Positions 39,057-49,554 of a DNA stretch of 64,000 nt are shown in pieces. The number at the start of each line of letters is the position of its first letter. Within the stretch, counting starts at the first letter, position 1. Position numbers and translations under genes: made by a program. The DNA comes from Candidatus Omnitrophota bacterium. GTDB taxonomy: Bacteria; Omnitrophota; Gorgyraeia; S143-82. The notes under the pieces are model-generated. The model was not told the DNA's origin and searched no databases. It saw nothing but the letters and a program-made list of their open reading frames with translations. The DNA lies in assembly GCA_015494465.1 (NCBI GenBank), contig WGBD01000002.1:131683-195682 (forward strand), written 5' to 3'.

Positions 39057-40955
39057 CTACGCAATCTCCCATCGTAAAGGATTAAATTCTCTCCCGTGTC
39101 CGTCGTAGAACTTGGAAAAGAACTCGTAAAAGTGCAACCTCAGGGTCTGGATGGCCACCAAAACCGCTTCCAACACTATAACTCCAATGTTTCCAAACAG
39201 CAGTACTAGGCCGTCGAGATGGCCCCACTTGAGTAGATCCGCCAAGACGAACACCGCAATCATAAGGGCTGCGTGGTTTATAGCAAAGGCAGCCAACCGA
39301 ACGAAAGAGACCGTATTGGAGAATAATCCGATTACCGTCTCCATCAATCCAGCAATGAGCCCCTCAATCCCGTGATTCAATAACCGCGTTCCGATAACGA
39401 ATAGCCCCAACGGCCCAACGAGTGCCAAGACGCGCACCCAAACAGGCAACCCTGGCATTAACGAAAGTATCATGCCGGCATAGATCAACATGGAGACGAT
39501 TCCCCACTCACCGAACATCGCCTCCTTTATCTCGCCAAGCCTCACCTTCCTAAACACCGAAAGCCCCATTCCCAAAAACAGATACGCTATACCCACCAAT
39601 ACGGAAACGATCATCACCGGAATCGGATCCTCTATAGGGGATACCCAAAGAGGACGAATAATGTCTTCCCTTCCAAAGATACTCCCGAACAACCATCCCC
39701 AGGCCATGGCGCTTAAGCCCGAATACATCATTATCGGCCCGAAGACCTTCCGTCTCATCAACCATCCCAAAATGGCCAAGACCAACCCGTGCCCCACATC
39801 TGCAAACATCATTCCGTACATAAAAACGAAGCCTATCGACACTATCAACACCGGATTGACCTCATCGAATCCTGGATATCCGTACATCTTTACCACTTCA
39901 AAGAACGGCGATAATTCCTTAGGCAAACTATAGCTTGCCGGGATGTCCTTCTTCTCCAAAGGGACCTCGTTATCGTCTATCCACTCCAAGCAAAACAGCT
40001 CTTCCGCCTCTCGACGCAACAGCTCCTCAACCTGAGGTTTGTCCTCCTGCCTCACCCAGAAATTGAAAACCACCAGACTACTAGCCGACCTGCTCTTGGC
40101 CAAGGCGGTGACCAATTTTTTCTCCAAGGCCAACAGCTTTGCCAAATTAGAGAGCAACCCCTGGAATGTCTTCTTTTTCTCCCTCAAAAGGCCGTTGAGT
40201 TCACTGATCTCTTCCCTAGCCTCCCAAAGAGCAAACTCAAGGTCGTCTATTAATTCACTGATGTGTTCCGTCCTGCTTATGTTGGAAAGATCTACCTCTA
40301 AAAAATTCCCAGCCTTCAGAGAGGCAGATATCTTCTTCGCGTATTCTGGCGACGATAGGAGAAAGATCCCTACCCTCTCTCTAGAGATGTGGGTCCACTC
40401 TATAACCGCAGGGATGTCTTCCATCGAATCGAAAAGGAGAGGGAGGTTAGTCCTAGGCAGGCTCCCTACCCACCAGGAAACCAATTCTGGATTGAGCTCT
40501 GCCAGGTAATCCAGTCCCGAGTGAAGCAGAATCGACAAAAACCAGCTTATCTGCATCGTCTCGAAGATGAATTGCTTTCTCCTCTCGATAAGCATCACCA
40601 CCTCGGTGATGTTGGCCTCTATCTTATCTAGATCTGATGAGATCCGCTTGGATATCTCTGAAGGAACCACCGAGATTTCTCCTACAAATCGATAAAGGCC
40701 TCCCTCCCTAAGCCGAGCAGGGGAAAGATCCAGTATCCTGCAAATGGCCTCTATCCTTGATTCGAGGAGCTCGAGTCGGGACAGCTCCTCTCTAAACTCG
40801 AACTTGTAGGGCAGATCCAGAGGAAGGATGTCAAACTTATCTTCTATGTGTACTGCACCTGCGGAGAGCACCGCATCCATGAAATCTGGGATCTTATCCT
40901 CCAAGATCAGGATCCTACCCAGTGCCACCTTATCTGCCAAGAACGGATTTTTCAC
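39057..40955 (-). CDS. ntpI: V/A-type ATP synthase subunit I (a)
   Basis: YGYPGFDEVNP, YGMMFADVGHG, SNTVSFVRL (essential Arg), QTLRLHFYEFF motifs. Confidence 0.9.
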   Translation of the reverse strand: MKNPFLADKVALGRILILEDKIPDFMDAVLSAGAVHIEDKFDILPLDLPYKFEFREELSRLELLESRIEAICRILDLSPARLREGGLYRFVGEISVVPSEISKRISSDLDKIEANITEVVMLIERRKQFIFETMQISWFLSILLHSGLDYLAELNPELVSWWVGSLPRTNLPLLFDSMEDIPAVIEWTHISRERVGIFLLSSPEYAKKISASLKAGNFLEVDLSNISRTEHISELIDDLEFALWEAREEISELNGLLREKKKTFQGLLSNLAKLLALEKKLVTALAKSRSASSLVVFNFWVRQEDKPQVEELLRREAEELFCLEWIDDNEVPLEKKDIPASYSLPKELSPFFEVVKMYGYPGFDEVNPVLIVSIGFVFMYGMMFADVGHGLVLAILGWLMRRKVFGPIMMYSGLSAMAWGWLFGSIFGREDIIRPLWVSPIEDPIPVMIVSVLVGIAYLFLGMGLSVFRKVRLGEIKEAMFGEWGIVSMLIYAGMILSLMPGLPVWVRVLALVGPLGLFVIGTRLLNHGIEGLIAGLMETVIGLFSNTVSFVRLAAFAINHAALMIAVFVLADLLKWGHLDGLVLLFGNIGVIVLEAVLVAIQTLRLHFYEFFSKFYDGHGREFNPLRWEIA

Positions 40956-41955
40956 CTAACTCAACCTCCCCTGTCCTCATAAAGCTATCGTACAACAGAG
41001 AAGCACACCTCTCTATAGCCATCTCCTGATAAAATATCCAGGCAACGATCCCTGACAGAGAACCAGGCTTTAGCCGTAGAGAATTCTTCCACAGGAATTC
41101 CATTAATCCCGCTCGTAAGGCCTGCTTGATCTCCTCTAGATCTCCGGTGTCCTCTCTAACCTGCAGAGAGAGGGACTTGGACAGTACCTCTTTCAATCTC
41201 CCAACGAACTCTTCTACCCGTTCTACCGCAAACAATCCGATAATCTTATCGGCAGAGATACTCGGAAGGGGCAGGACAAGATAATAGAAGATCTCCTCCT
41301 TGCTCATCTTATACACGAAGTGCATGCGCATACCCCAAATCACATCGTGCACGAACAAGACATACTCTACCATACGGAGCAGATCTCGATCTCGCACCTC
41401 CTCCACTAACTTCAACAGGGATTGATAATACTCGTCCTCTAAGACGGTATCCAAAAAGAACAGATCCCCTTTTTCCTTGTAATTCCGATAGGTGTGCATG
41501 AGAAAGGGGAAGATCTTCGTCCCACTAAAGGCCAATAGCATGTCCTTGTCGACGAAGCTCTCCCGGTCCACTAAAAATGCGTACTTGTCAAACAAGGGGG
41601 TCTCGGGAAAGACGAACTGTGCCACATCTCGATCGTGTTTGGAGAAGTGAAGGGCAAGTAGGATCTTGAGATTGTATATGTCGTACTTGTAGAGGAAGTA
41701 CTCAAAGAGCTCTGACTCTTTCCCCGGTAGATAGAACCGGAAATTCCTTACCTTGGCCAAGAGCCTCTCTTTCAATCCCCGCTCCACCATTCGGGGTAGG
41801 CTTTCCGCCTCCGCGGGCAGCATCCCCCTAGAGGAAAGGTAGGCCACCATCTGCTCGTATTCGGATATCTCCTCTAGTTTCTTCAGGTCCGAAGGCAGAA
41901 AAAAATCGCTCCGCAGGGCGTTTAACTTCCCGTAGAGAACACCGTACTGGGGCAT
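40930..41955 (-). CDS. ntpC: V/A-type ATP synthase subunit C (d)
   Basis: YG....K..ALRS N-terminus, YDIYNLK motif, size, position upstream of subunit I. Confidence 0.75.
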   Translation of the reverse strand: MPQYGVLYGKLNALRSDFFLPSDLKKLEEISEYEQMVAYLSSRGMLPAEAESLPRMVERGLKERLLAKVRNFRFYLPGKESELFEYFLYKYDIYNLKILLALHFSKHDRDVAQFVFPETPLFDKYAFLVDRESFVDKDMLLAFSGTKIFPFLMHTYRNYKEKGDLFFLDTVLEDEYYQSLLKLVEEVRDRDLLRMVEYVLFVHDVIWGMRMHFVYKMSKEEIFYYLVLPLPSISADKIIGLFAVERVEEFVGRLKEVLSKSLSLQVREDTGDLEEIKQALRAGLMEFLWKNSLRLKPGSLSGIVAWIFYQEMAIERCASLLYDSFMRTGEVELGEKSVLGR

Positions 41956-42272
41956 CAGATCCTCTCCGCAAGCCAGTTGGCCAGCTCTTGGGCCAATCTA
42001 TCTTTGGCAGAGTCGTAAATCTGCTTCAGCCTCTCGACATCTCCGCGATGCTTTGTGAAAAACTCCTTCTCGAACCTCTCCAATTCCTCTAACAACTGGG
42101 CCCGTTGGCTATCTATCTGCTTCAGAAACTCGGCCTTACCTTGCTCCAGATACCTCTTCGCCTCCAATTGGGCCTGTTTCTTTATCTCCTCTGCCTCCAG
42201 TTGGGCCCGATTGAGGCGGAGCTGTTGCTCCTTCTCCAGGGCTAGGACCTCCCTTAGCTTCTCCTCCAGCAT
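41955..42272 (-). CDS. V/A-type ATPase peripheral stalk subunit G/H-like
   Basis: About 105-aa charged coiled coil (AQLEAEEIKKQAQLEA) upstream of subunits C and I; GAGGAG RBS. Confidence 0.7.
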   Translation of the reverse strand: MLEEKLREVLALEKEQQLRLNRAQLEAEEIKKQAQLEAKRYLEQGKAEFLKQIDSQRAQLLEELERFEKEFFTKHRGDVERLKQIYDSAKDRLAQELANWLAERI

Positions 42273-42795
42273 CCTTCTCCTCCCTCTTTTGCCACTGGTC
42301 GAGTCTATCCAATCTAAAAAGATAGATGTAGTCGATGATACCAACCGTATCTCCCACCTTGGCATACCTGGCCCGGTTATAGGGTACATCCTCCCCGAAG
42401 TCAATGCGCAAGGTTTTACCGTTGGAGAACTCCAGCTTTATCCAATCTCCCCGCCCTATCTTGTATTCTTCGCGGAACGGCAATGTACGAGAAAACCTTG
42501 CCCCAAGGACATCCAGAAGAAAACCGGTCACCATCTCTTCATTCGCCGGTTTACAACTATTTCCCTCCAAGATACACCAATGCGAATTCCTTTTCTCCAA
42601 ATAGAGGGACTTGCCCTTCCAGTTTATCTCTATCCTATCGACTCGCTTCAGGAGGGCAAGCGATCCCTTCCTCGCCCACAAGCGTCCCAATCCACAGCGG
42701 ATCAGGCTATCCTTGGCCAACCACTGATAGTGGGCGTCGAACCACACCAGGGCAAAGACGACTATCAAGAGGAAGAACAAGGTAGCGTTCCTCAT
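42136..42795 (-). CDS. DUF4340-like membrane-anchored protein of the GldAFG-type ABC system
   Basis: N-terminal TM, VDRIEI...LEKRNSHW, position after the GldG-like gene; ATGA coupling at 42795. Confidence 0.65.
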   Translation of the reverse strand: MRNATLFFLLIVVFALVWFDAHYQWLAKDSLIRCGLGRLWARKGSLALLKRVDRIEINWKGKSLYLEKRNSHWCILEGNSCKPANEEMVTGFLLDVLGARFSRTLPFREEYKIGRGDWIKLEFSNGKTLRIDFGEDVPYNRARYAKVGDTVGIIDYIYLFRLDRLDQWQKREEKDAGGEAKGGPSPGEGATAPPQSGPTGGRGDKETGPIGGEEVSGAR

Positions 42796-44921
42796 CTCTT
42801 TCTCCTGCGTATCCAAACCACCACTGCCCCGACGAGCAAGGGAATTAGGGGAAGAACGACCAGACTTATTCCGGCTAAGGCCTGCATCGTCTTAGCGGGG
42901 AGGGTCAACTTGACCAGCTTAATCTCTTTGGGAGGCAAGGAGATCCTCTCCTCTTCCCTCAACAACCAGTCCACAATAGAAAGGAGAAAGGCCTCGTTGT
43001 CCAGATTCCTTATGTTGACCGTAGTGGCGAAGTCGGAATCCGCCAATACCACCACCCTGGAATCTCCTAGCGTACCAGCCACCGCCAAAACAACCGGCCC
43101 CTTCTTATCCTTGCCTTCGTCGTACTTAAACCTATGCTGTCTCCAATCCCTTTCGATCCAGGAGGCAGGAGAGGACAAGGCAAGCTTGTCCCACTCCGTT
43201 GAGGTGCCCGCCTTCTCATCTTTCCCTTCTGAGACTTCAAGCCCGCAGGCCCCAGAGAAGAGCACAGCGGATCCAATAATCGGTTTGGTAATCGGATGGA
43301 CCCCGAAAAAGGTCACGAAGAGGTTGGCTGGGGACACTACGCTCATCCCGGGATCCACCACCAGATCCGGGTCTACCTCTATACCAAACCTCTCCCTCAT
43401 CCAATCCACGATCCCTTGCGGAACCCCCGGGTCCAGAAGGACCAACAAGGGTTTCCCGGCCTTCAAGACCTTCTCCTCTATTACCTCTTTTTCCTCCTCC
43501 AAGAGGTCAGTCTTAGGGGAGTCGAGTATCAACAGCGAACCCGTCTGCCCCTTGAGGGAAACGATCGGTCTCTGTTCTACCTCGTATCCCTGGCTCTTGA
43601 GTATCTGAACGACCTCTGCCAAGCCTCGTCCAGGTGTAGCGGAAGAGACCTTTTTCTCGCCGTGTCCAGAGGAGAAGACCAAAAGGGGTTTCCCGCTCTT
43701 CCACAGTTCCAGAACAGCAGAGGTAATCAGGGATTCCGCCTTAAACCCTGCTGGCCTCGGAGGCTCACCCCGCATCACCGGGGAATAATCCATCTCTATC
43801 AGGTCTCGAGAGGATATTACCTTGTGCTTGGGCCCGCTTATCACGATAATGGAATCGACGGGATTGAACTTAAACTTATCGAACAACTCCTTGACCAATA
43901 ACAGGTCTCGTTCGGGATCCACGATGTGGACCTTTATGTGAGGATTCGCGCTGGCGTAATCCTCTAGCAGGTTCTTGGTCCAATCGTAGACTCGACTGGT
44001 AGGCGTCAAGACCATGTAGATATCCACATCTTTGTCCAAGTCGGATAGCAAGACCTTGGACCTCTCCGATAGCCTGTAGAAGCCCTGACCAGAGAAGTCC
44101 CACTTCTTGTGATGCCTAAAGGAGATCACATTTAGTCCCGACAAGATACCCACCACCAACAAGAAGGTGATCAAGTTGGTGAATCGGTCCTTGCGCTCTA
44201 ATACCAGCCAAGCGAGCATCAGAAACAAGATGGTCAATGATAAAAAGTACACCACCGCACTGGTATCTATCACCCCAGCAGAGAAGTTCCTCTGGAACTG
44301 CTCTAACACGCTTAAATACTCCAACACCGGTCGGGCCCTGCCCACGATCAGCTGGGAGAAGACCCCTACGGTAAAGATCACTATGGTGATTACGAAAGAC
44401 AGAAAGGCACTCACCACCTGATTGGCAGAGACGGAAGAGGCGAACAGCCCCACCGCAGAAAAGAGGAAGTTTAGCAACACGACCCCCAAAAAGGCCACAC
44501 CCACCGCAGGCCAATGGAGGGGGAGTTTACCCCCCAACAGCAACAGATACACCACCGTAGAGAGCCAGAAGAGGAGCAAAATTATGTTCACCGAAAGGAA
44601 CTTCCCCAACAGGAAGTCCAACTTCGAGAGGGGCGTGGTAAACAGAGGCTCAAACATCCCCAAGCGTCTTTCCTCGCTGACACTGCGCATGGTAATGAGG
44701 GGAAGCAGGATCATCACCAATAGCCAAAAGTAGATCGTGCCCCCAAAGAATATCTCCACTGGCTCTATCTCAACCCCTCCCACGGGGGTGTTCAAGACCA
44801 TTAGGATCTGGACGAAGGCCCAAGAATTAAAGAAGAAGAACATCGCCCACAACGCGTAGACCAAGGGGCTGGAGAAGTACACCAAAAGGTCTTTAACCGC
44901 AACCGCCCATACCCGTCTCAT
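42792..44921 (-). CDS. Fused ABC-2 permease (GldF-like) and GldG-like periplasmic domain
   Basis: KDL..YF.SP, TMRSVSEERRLG..E.LFT.P...LLGKF permease; WDFS...Y.LS, FSSGHGE, ADSDF GldG motifs; C-terminal TM. Confidence 0.85.
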   Translation of the reverse strand: MRRVWAVAVKDLLVYFSSPLVYALWAMFFFFNSWAFVQILMVLNTPVGGVEIEPVEIFFGGTIYFWLLVMILLPLITMRSVSEERRLGMFEPLFTTPLSKLDFLLGKFLSVNIILLLFWLSTVVYLLLLGGKLPLHWPAVGVAFLGVVLLNFLFSAVGLFASSVSANQVVSAFLSFVITIVIFTVGVFSQLIVGRARPVLEYLSVLEQFQRNFSAGVIDTSAVVYFLSLTILFLMLAWLVLERKDRFTNLITFLLVVGILSGLNVISFRHHKKWDFSGQGFYRLSERSKVLLSDLDKDVDIYMVLTPTSRVYDWTKNLLEDYASANPHIKVHIVDPERDLLLVKELFDKFKFNPVDSIIVISGPKHKVISSRDLIEMDYSPVMRGEPPRPAGFKAESLITSAVLELWKSGKPLLVFSSGHGEKKVSSATPGRGLAEVVQILKSQGYEVEQRPIVSLKGQTGSLLILDSPKTDLLEEEKEVIEEKVLKAGKPLLVLLDPGVPQGIVDWMRERFGIEVDPDLVVDPGMSVVSPANLFVTFFGVHPITKPIIGSAVLFSGACGLEVSEGKDEKAGTSTEWDKLALSSPASWIERDWRQHRFKYDEGKDKKGPVVLAVAGTLGDSRVVVLADSDFATTVNIRNLDNEAFLLSIVDWLLREEERISLPPKEIKLVKLTLPAKTMQALAGISLVVLPLIPLLVGAVVVWIRRRKR

Positions 44922-45850
44922 CTCCCTTCCTCCTGGGTAAGCGAGAGGAATACCCGTTCTAGAGAGGTGCGTTCCCAGTCTACTTTCCGCAGATCTAAAC
45001 CCTGCGAACAACAGGCCCTCACTATCTGGTTACGGATGTCACCCTCTCCAGAGACCAGGGCCCTGTACCAGCCGTCCTTCAAGACCTCTAGACTGAAGTC
45101 TAGACTGACCGATCCCAGGCACTCCCTAATGGCGCCTTCCTCTCCCTTTATCTCGACCTCCACCTTTCGTCCCTCACCAAGCAGGTCCTCTTTACCTCCC
45201 TGAGCCACTATCCTACCCCTATCTATTATTACCACCCTATCGCAGACCGCTTCCACTTCCGTGAGTATGTGGGAAGAAAACAGGATCGTGTGCTCCTCTC
45301 TCAGTTCCCTCAGGACCTGCCTGAACCTGACCGTTTGGTTTGGATCCAGACCGATGGTAGGCTCGTCCAATAACAACACTGGGGGATTGCCCAACAGGGC
45401 GTCAGCAAAACCTAACCTCTGGCGGTACCCCTTGGACAGCCCTGCTATCAACCTCTCCGCTACATCCTCTATAAAGGCGAGGGAAACTACCCTATCTATC
45501 TCCTTCTTCACCTCTCGGGAAGGAACTCCCTTGATACCCGCTCTAAAGGCGAGGTATTCCCTCACCGTCAGCTCCGGGTAGAATGGCAAGACCTCTGGCA
45601 TGTAGCCTATCCTCGCCTTTGCCCGCGCAGGATCCTTGGTAACGCTTATCCCCTCGACCTCCACATCCCCCTGATCTGGAGAAAGATAGCCGGTTATTAT
45701 CCGGATGGTCGTGGTCTTGCCCGCCCCATTAGGCCCCAATAGACCCAGGATCTCCCCTCTGTAGACTGAAAAAGAGACGCCGTCTAGTGCGACCAAACCA
45801 CCAGGATAGACCTTTCTCAAAGACAGTACATCTAGTGAGGGAGTACGCAT
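44918..45850 (-). CDS. ABC transporter ATP-binding protein (GldA-like)
   Basis: GPNGAGKTT, LSKGYRQR, LLDEPTIGLDP, SSHIL motifs. Confidence 0.92.
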   Translation of the reverse strand: MRTPSLDVLSLRKVYPGGLVALDGVSFSVYRGEILGLLGPNGAGKTTTIRIITGYLSPDQGDVEVEGISVTKDPARAKARIGYMPEVLPFYPELTVREYLAFRAGIKGVPSREVKKEIDRVVSLAFIEDVAERLIAGLSKGYRQRLGFADALLGNPPVLLLDEPTIGLDPNQTVRFRQVLRELREEHTILFSSHILTEVEAVCDRVVIIDRGRIVAQGGKEDLLGEGRKVEVEIKGEEGAIRECLGSVSLDFSLEVLKDGWYRALVSGEGDIRNQIVRACCSQGLDLRKVDWERTSLERVFLSLTQEEGR

Positions 45851-45865
45851 AATAGGCCCTCCCTT

Positions 45866-46360
45866 TTAGGATCCCAACATCCGCTTAAGTTTGTACATAA
45901 TCCTGGGAAGGGAATATCCGTAATCGACCACATAACCGTCGGGATCTATTACGAATATCGTAGGCACACCCATTACCCCATACACACTGCCAATCGTGCC
46001 CTTCGGATCCACCCCAACCGGGAAGGTTATACCCAATGCCTTAATATAGGCCTTCACTGCGGAGGGAGGATCACCCAAAGCGACTGCGCAGAACCGCACC
46101 TTATCAGAATATTCCTTGGAGTAGGCCTCCATCTCCCGCATCGCGGTCCGGCAATGTGGGCACCAGGTGGTCCAGAACAGTAGTACAGTAAACTTATCGC
46201 TCTTGCCCCCGATCGTACACACGGACCCTTGGCTAGTCAGGCACTGGAGGTTAAACTGCGGGGCCTTTAGACTTGGGTCCTTCTCCCGTCCCATGCCCAA
46301 CGGTATCATCAGCGCCATTCCAAGACACAACAAACCGACATATCTCAGGATCTTTCTCAC
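45866..46360 (-). CDS. TlpA/ResA-like thiol-disulfide oxidoreductase
   Basis: N-terminal anchor, FWTTWCPHC, YGVMGVPTIFVID motifs. Confidence 0.9.
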   Translation of the reverse strand: MRKILRYVGLLCLGMALMIPLGMGREKDPSLKAPQFNLQCLTSQGSVCTIGGKSDKFTVLLFWTTWCPHCRTAMREMEAYSKEYSDKVRFCAVALGDPPSAVKAYIKALGITFPVGVDPKGTIGSVYGVMGVPTIFVIDPDGYVVDYGYSLPRIMYKLKRMLGS

Positions 46361-47016
46361 AGCATCCTCCCCGCTTTAAACACGAAGTACACCCCCAATC
46401 CAAATAACATCCAGGCAAACAGAGCATACAGTGCGGACATCCACCGCCCTGGTCTGGGCCTTACCTTGAATATTCCCACCAATATCCCGACGACGAGATA
46501 GACCAAACCCATGCCCGAGGCGAATAAGAACAGATAAAGTCCCCCGAGAAGGGGCCCTATCTCGTGTCCTGCTATGTAGGTAAGTATCGTGAAGACCATA
46601 GGTGAGGTACAAGCAGTTGCCATTATTCCTGCACCCGCACCCAAAATTAGGGAACCCAGAAAGGTCAATTCCTCCTCTATTTTTTGAGAAAAGGAGACCG
46701 ACGGTATCTGTATCACCTTCCAATAGTGCAACGCCCCAAGGAAACAGACGATCCCTAACAGCAAATAAACATAGGGGTTTCCTGCCCACTGCCAGAGGGC
46801 CTTACTGGCCACGCCGGCCAAAAGGCCGAGCGAGGTATACACCCCAACTAGTCCCAGGTAGAAGCCAAAAGAATAAAAGATCGTCTCCCGCCAGTTCTGG
46901 GCACTAGTACCGATGTAACCAATGACCAGCGGCATAACCGGATAAACACAAGGGGTAAGACTCGCCAAGATTCCCGCCCCCACACAGGATATAGCTAATT
47001 GCCAACTCCCCGACAT
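46357..47016 (-). CDS. ccdA: CcdA/DsbD transmembrane thiol-disulfide transporter
   Basis: SLTPCVYP and TACTSP Cys pair; six TMs. Confidence 0.88.
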   Translation of the reverse strand: MSGSWQLAISCVGAGILASLTPCVYPVMPLVIGYIGTSAQNWRETIFYSFGFYLGLVGVYTSLGLLAGVASKALWQWAGNPYVYLLLGIVCFLGALHYWKVIQIPSVSFSQKIEEELTFLGSLILGAGAGIMATACTSPMVFTILTYIAGHEIGPLLGGLYLFLFASGMGLVYLVVGILVGIFKVRPRPGRWMSALYALFAWMLFGLGVYFVFKAGRML

Positions 47017-47020
47017 AAGG

Positions 47021-48601
47021 TCAACCCCTTCGTCGGCGATCCTTTATCAGCTTGTATTCTACGCTGTCCACCAGCGCTTGCCAAGAGGCCTCGATGATGT
47101 TCTCAGAAACGCCTATAGTGGTCCAAGATTCCTCTGCGTCTTGGGATTGGATTAGGACCCGCACCTTGGCAGCAGTTCCTTCGCTGCCGTCCAACACCCT
47201 CACCTTAAAGTCGGTGAGGTGCATAGAGTCCAGTTCGGGATAGAACTTCACCAAGGCCTTCCTCAAGGCGTAGTCAAGGGCATTCACCGGACCATCACCC
47301 TCCGCTACCGTATACTCCACCTGGTCGTCGACCCTTATCTTCACCGTGGCCTCGGTGAGGACCTCTCCGGTATCCCGCTTCTCAACTATCACCCGAAAGC
47401 CCAACAAGTCGAAAAAGCCTCTCTCCTGCTTTACCTCCTTGTACAGGAGGACCTTGAACGAGGCCTCCGCCACCTCAAAGTGGTATCCCTCGTACTCCAG
47501 TTTCTGGAGTAAAGACATAACCCTCTGGGCCTCAGGGGACTTACGATCCAGATTTATCTCCATCTCCTTGGCCCGCATGGCTAGAGAGGACCTTCCTGCG
47601 AGTTCTGACACGAGAATCCGCCTCTCGTTGCCCACCAGAGATGGGTCTATGTGCTCGTAAGTGCGGGGATTCTTCATCACCGCGTTGATGTGGACTCCGC
47701 CCTTGTGGGCAAAGGCGCTCCTGCCCACGAAGGGATGGTTGTTGGGCAACTGCATGTTGCACACCTCGGCCACGAAGTGGGCCACCTCGGTAAGTTTCCT
47801 GAGCATCTCCGGGCTGATGGTAGAGGTCTTCATCTTGCTGCCCAATATACCGATGATGGTGGTCAGATCCGCATTCCCACAGCGCTCCCCGTAGCCGTTC
47901 ATCGTGCCCTGCACCTGCACTGCACCACACTCCACCGCAATGATAGAGTTGGCCACTGCAACCCCGCAGTCGTTGTGGGCGTGCATCCCCAGAGGCGCGG
48001 ATATCCTCTTCTTGACCTCCTCCATTATCGCCTTTACCTCCGAAGGCAATGTCCCACCGTTGGTATCGCATAAGACCAGAACCTCCGCCCCTGCATCCCT
48101 TGCCACCTCAAGGGTCTTCAGGGCATATTCCGGATTGTCCTTGAAACCGTCAAAGAAGTGCTCCGCATCGTAAAATACCCTCAGGCCCCTCTCGATCAGA
48201 TAGCGAATAGAGTCCTCTATCATCTTGAGGTTCTCGTCAAGATCTATCCCGAAGACATCCCGCACATGCAGGTCCCAGGTCTTACCGAAGATGGTAACTA
48301 TCTCCACCCCTGACTCTATCAGGGCATTCAGGTTCTTGTCTTCTTCCGGCCGACTATCCGCCCGACGGGTGGAACCGAAGGCAACGATCTTTGCGTTTTT
48401 GAGAGGCAGCCCCTTTGCCTTCCTGAAGAACTCCATGTCCTTAGGGTTGGAACCGGGCCATCCGCCTTCTATAAAGTGTACGCCCAACTCGTCCAACTTC
48501 TGGGCGATGCGCAGTTTATCGTCCACGGAAAAGGATATCCCTTCGCTCTGCGACCCGTCCCGCAGGGTCGTATCGTACAGCTCAACCCGATAGGTCTCCA
48601 T
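47021..48601 (-). CDS. cimA: (R)-citramalate synthase
   Basis: [53 protein letters not shown] motifs. Confidence 0.92.
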   Translation of the reverse strand: METYRVELYDTTLRDGSQSEGISFSVDDKLRIAQKLDELGVHFIEGGWPGSNPKDMEFFRKAKGLPLKNAKIVAFGSTRRADSRPEEDKNLNALIESGVEIVTIFGKTWDLHVRDVFGIDLDENLKMIEDSIRYLIERGLRVFYDAEHFFDGFKDNPEYALKTLEVARDAGAEVLVLCDTNGGTLPSEVKAIMEEVKKRISAPLGMHAHNDCGVAVANSIIAVECGAVQVQGTMNGYGERCGNADLTTIIGILGSKMKTSTISPEMLRKLTEVAHFVAEVCNMQLPNNHPFVGRSAFAHKGGVHINAVMKNPRTYEHIDPSLVGNERRILVSELAGRSSLAMRAKEMEINLDRKSPEAQRVMSLLQKLEYEGYHFEVAEASFKVLLYKEVKQERGFFDLLGFRVIVEKRDTGEVLTEATVKIRVDDQVEYTVAEGDGPVNALDYALRKALVKFYPELDSMHLTDFKVRVLDGSEGTAAKVRVLIQSQDAEESWTTIGVSENIIEASWQALVDSVEYKLIKDRRRRG

Positions 48602-48693
48602 CTCAATCACACTCCTCAAAACAACGCAATAAGGATAACATTATATACCCACCTGCGGATTTTAACTACAGGAAATGCGGTTGCAAAAGGAGT

Positions 48694-49554
48694 TTAACCC
48701 AGCAACCGGCGAAAGGCCTCGGGTATGGCCTCGATTATGTCCCGGGCAATCAGCCCAACCACCGTCTTGCTCTCTCTGGCAATGTCGCCCGCCATACCGT
48801 GCAGGTAAACCCCTGCGCAGGCTGCCAGGAACGGATCCGGAATCAAGGAAACGAAGGCAGATACCACCCCCAACAGGACATCCCCTGCCCCTGCGGTGGC
48901 CATCCCCGGATTCCCCGTGGAATTCACGAACACCCGCCCCTGAGGATCCGCGACCACCGTATTGGCACCCTTCAAGACCACCGTGCAGTTCCACTTCTTC
49001 GCGCACTGCAAGGCATATCCCTGCCGGTCCTTTTTTATCTCGTCCATCGGCACATTAACGAGATTGGAAAACTCCCCCATGTGGGGTGTAATTATCGTCC
49101 CAGAGAACATAAACTCTTGCCCCTTCAACAGGCGCAGGGCATCCGCATCCAAGACCACCTTCAACCTACGCGACTGGGCGGAGGAGAGGATGTACTCCAA
49201 CCCCTCCTTTACCTCCCAAGAGAGCCCTATCCCCGGACCGATCCCCACAGAGGTAAGGCGGGAGAAGTCTATCCGATCCGGCACCTCTTTTAGGTTCGGC
49301 ACCTCCTCGAATACCGCCTCCGGCACCAAGACCGAACAGGCGGAAATTACCTCCGGATAAGAGGCCAAGATCACCTTGCCAACCCCACTGCGGATGGCAG
49401 AGTAGGTGCACAAGCAGGCACAACCCCGGGCAGAGCGGGACCCGGATACCACGAGGATCGTTCCGTAGTCTCCCTTGTGCGAATCCGGAGCCCTCTTCCC
49501 CAAGGCCTTTAGGGCACCTATTACCTCTTGAGCGAGATCGGGATTACTATTCAT
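48694..49554 (-). CDS. nnrD: ADP-dependent NAD(P)H-hydrate dehydratase (stand-alone)
   Basis: SHKGDYG, GPGIG, LDADAL, ITPH.GEF, GNPGMATAGAGDVL motifs. Confidence 0.92.
   Translation of the reverse strand: MNSNPDLAQEVIGALKALGKRAPDSHKGDYGTILVVSGSRSARGCACLCTYSAIRSGVGKVILASYPEVISACSVLVPEAVFEEVPNLKEVPDRIDFSRLTSVGIGPGIGLSWEVKEGLEYILSSAQSRRLKVVLDADALRLLKGQEFMFSGTIITPHMGEFSNLVNVPMDEIKKDRQGYALQCAKKWNCTVVLKGANTVVADPQGRVFVNSTGNPGMATAGAGDVLLGVVSAFVSLIPDPFLAACAGVYLHGMAGDIARESKTVVGLIARDIIEAIPEAFRRLLG

Noticed and set aside
42055-43608. 517-aa plus-strand ORF
   Set aside because: Antisense shadow of the GldG/DUF4340 genes; Ser/Thr/Pro-rich with no motifs.
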